This document shows positions 16,036-17,800 of a DNA stretch of 17,800 nucleotides, piece by piece. Source of the DNA: a bacterium (lineage in GTDB: Bacteria > UBA8248). Numbering within the stretch: position 1 is the stretch's first letter; every line of letters begins with the position of its first letter. The notes under the pieces are model-generated. The model had not been told where the DNA came from. It worked only from the letters and a program-made list of their open reading frames with translations, and did not search any database. The translations under genes and the position numbers were made by a program. The stretch covers positions 1 through 17,800 of the forward strand of contig CAXXHI010000001.1 in assembly GCA_963692865.2 (NCBI GenBank), in the 5' to 3' direction.

Positions 16036-17010
16036 TTATTTCTTCACCTTGGACTTGTATACCCCCGTCGCCTTCATGATGTCGGCGACAATCTTGTCGC
16101 GCTTGGCGAGCATCTTGCCGAACTCTTCAGGCCCGCTCGGGTCGATCGTGAAGCCCTTCGTCTTGGCCAGCTTCTTGAAAGCAGCCGAGTTGGCGGCCTT
16201 CGTCATGGCGTCCACGAGCTTCGCCTTCACCGCGGCGGGCGTTCCCTTCGGCACGCTCAAGCCGCGGAAATGGTCGAAGTCAATGTCGTGGCCCATTTCC
16301 TTCATGGTGGGCACGTCCGGGATCGCCGGATTCCGCTTGCCCGTGATGTGGGTGATGATGCGGAACTTGTTCGCTTTCGCCAGACGAATCGCCCCCGTGA
16401 GAGGCGCTCCCATGGCGTCGACCTCGCCGCTCAGAAGCGCCGCGTTGCGCCGCTTGACGCCCAGGGGAACGAGGATGGCCTTGCACCCCGTCATGTCCGT
16501 AAAAATGACCGCCGTCAGGTGCGTGGTGCTGCCGGTGCCCGCGTGTCCGATTTTGAGCGTGTTCGGCTTTTTCTTGCAATCCGCCACGAAATCCTTGACC
16601 GTCTTCCATTTCGATTTGGCGTTCACGGCCACCGTCAAAGGCTGGAAGTGGACCCGCCCGATGTGATCGAGTTCCTGATAGCCCCACGGCACGTTGCCGA
16701 TGTTCGTGGTGGTGAGAATGGAGGTGGAGTTCCAGGCCACGGTATAGCCGTCGGGCTTCGAGTTCTTGACGAACGTGTAGGTGACGGCCCCGCCCGCGCC
16801 GGTCTTGTTGATGGCCACCACGGGAACGCCGAGCGCCTTCGCCATCCCCTTGGCGAGCAGGCGCCCCTCGATGTCGGCGCCGCCGCCCGCGCCGAAGGGA
16901 ATGATGAACTGGATCGGCTTCTCGGGATAGGCGGCCGAAGCGGATTGCAGCGGCATCGCGGCTGCGAATACGGCTATCAGCATTACGCACAGGATTCGAT
17001 GTACTTTCAT
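16036..17010 (-). CDS. tctC: TTT periplasmic substrate-binding protein TctC/Bug (system 2)
   Basis: 324 aa, intact. Signal peptide, YPEKPI..IIPF.AGGGAD, NKTGAGG, KPDGYT, G.GSTTHL, LLSGEVDA, FRGL.VPKGTP; SD AAGGGG. Confidence 0.93.
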   Translation of the reverse strand: MKVHRILCVMLIAVFAAAMPLQSASAAYPEKPIQFIIPFGAGGGADIEGRLLAKGMAKALGVPVVAINKTGAGGAVTYTFVKNSKPDGYTVAWNSTSILTTTNIGNVPWGYQELDHIGRVHFQPLTVAVNAKSKWKTVKDFVADCKKKPNTLKIGHAGTGSTTHLTAVIFTDMTGCKAILVPLGVKRRNAALLSGEVDAMGAPLTGAIRLAKANKFRIITHITGKRNPAIPDVPTMKEMGHDIDFDHFRGLSVPKGTPAAVKAKLVDAMTKAANSAAFKKLAKTKGFTIDPSGPEEFGKMLAKRDKIVADIMKATGVYKSKVKK

Positions 17011-17149
17011 CTGTTTACCCCTTGATGGAAAAGATACGCTCCCGATTCACGGAAACGGGACACCTGAAAATCGTTCCTGACGTTGGAGAATCCTATTATC
17101 GCTTATTTCGGCGCGAGAATCCATCCCGCTTTTCCGGTGCGCGGCGCGG

Positions 17150-17527
17150 CCCGCCGCTCCAGCGCGCCGGACGCCTTCGAGTACGCGCAGCCCGAATCCG
17201 CCGCCGCCATCACGGGCTTGAGGCCCGGCAACGCGCATACCGCCTCCAGGTGGGGCTCCATCATCTCCGGCTCGTTCAACGTCCCCTCCGTCACCGCCAC
17301 GTCGAGAACCACGCCCCGCCCATCGTCCACCGCCGCGTGGCGCTTGCAGCCCGGCTCGAACCCCGCGCGAGCGCTCCTGCGCGCCCCGGACGCGCGTCGG
17401 GGTCCGTCCGGCTCACCGGACCCCCGCCGCCCTTCTTCCCCGCCTCATCCTCGGCGGGGTTCTCCCTTATCACCTCCTCCGCGCGGCGCTCCGCCAGACT
17501 CGCCCGACTCACGTCCGCCCGTATCAT
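17150..17527 (-). pseudogene. Degenerate internal fragment of an IS1182-family DDE transposase
   Basis: IRADVS...SRTDPDA in one frame, then FEPGCKRHAAVDDGRGVVLDVAVTEG...ADSGCAY..ALERR in another. These resemble recalled IS1182 motifs (IRADVSW, SxTDPDA, YKQHTAVDD, ADAGY). N- and C-terminal parts are absent and boundaries are approximate. Confidence 0.72.
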
Positions 17528-17550
17528 TGAGAACCCGCCCCCGCGGGCCT

Positions 17551-17616
17551 GGGGTTGTCGAAAAACCTCACCTCGCTCGGTCGATTCCTCCCTCATCGGG
17601 GCTGTTGAAAAACCCC
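17551..17616 (+). repeat. Two tandem IS-terminus-like sequences (19-bp imperfect direct repeat)
   Basis: GGGGTTGTCGAAAAACCTC (17551-17569) and GGGGCTGTTGAAAAACCCC (17598-17616) match at 16/19 positions. GGCTGTTGAAAAA resembles IS1182-type terminal inverted repeats as I recall them. Confidence 0.6.
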
Positions 17617-17656
17617 CGGGAAGCAATTTTGAGTTGTGCGCGCGCTTTTGAATTTC

Positions 17657-17800
17657 ACTCCCCCCTTGAGGGTCGGGCCTTTCCGCCTCGGGAAGGCCGA
17701 CGGCAAGACGAGGGCGAAGCCCGAGGTCGCGCCGGTGGGGGGAGCTTTTTCCTGTGGCTTGTCCCCCCACCGAATCGGCCTTCGCCAAGGCTCGGCCTCT
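17657..17800. repeat. REP-like composite palindromic element, truncated by the window end
   Basis: Leader ACTCCCCCCTTGAGGG; hairpins at 17672-17701 and 17701-17734; perfect 11-bp inverted repeat CGGTGGGGGGA (17733-17743) / TCCCCCCACCG (17762-17772); hairpin GCCTT-cgcc-AAGGC near 17778-17791. Confidence 0.6.

Noticed and set aside
17551-17616. Mini CRISPR array
   Set aside because: Only two imperfect 19-bp copies, no cas genes, and the sequence resembles IS termini.
17022-17788. ORFs 17022..17651 (+) and 17291..17788 (-) as real genes
   Set aside because: They are read-throughs of the transposase remnant, the IS-end repeats and the palindromic element.

Overview
High-GC bacterial window holding a compact uptake-and-catabolism gene cluster. 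The minus strand, read from 17010 down to 1466, carries tctCBA (TTT transporter 2), an internal sigma70-like promoter, a Liv-type (HAAT) ABC transporter (SBP, livH, livM, livG, livF), an LLM/F420-type oxidoreductase, a transglutaminase-like Cys-His-Asp protein, an aldehyde dehydrogenase, tctCBA (TTT transporter 1) and a single-barrel MetE-like Zn-thiol transferase. This run converges on a plus-strand MmgE/PrpD-family enzyme. The PrpD-like enzyme, the MetE-like enzyme, the ALDH and both TctC proteins have non-canonical active-site or binding motifs, which suggests an uncharacterised pathway for an anionic substrate. The substrate cannot be named from sequence alone. Five apparent single-base deletions break four genes (MetE-like, tctC1 twice, both tctB). 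Each is repaired by lengthening a base run by one, so they are most likely sequencing errors, and three of them together create a false TctC-TctB fusion ORF. The right end has a decayed IS1182-family transposase fragment, tandem IS-end-like repeats and a multi-hairpin palindromic repeat cut by the window edge. Family assignments come from motif recognition by eye; no searches were run.
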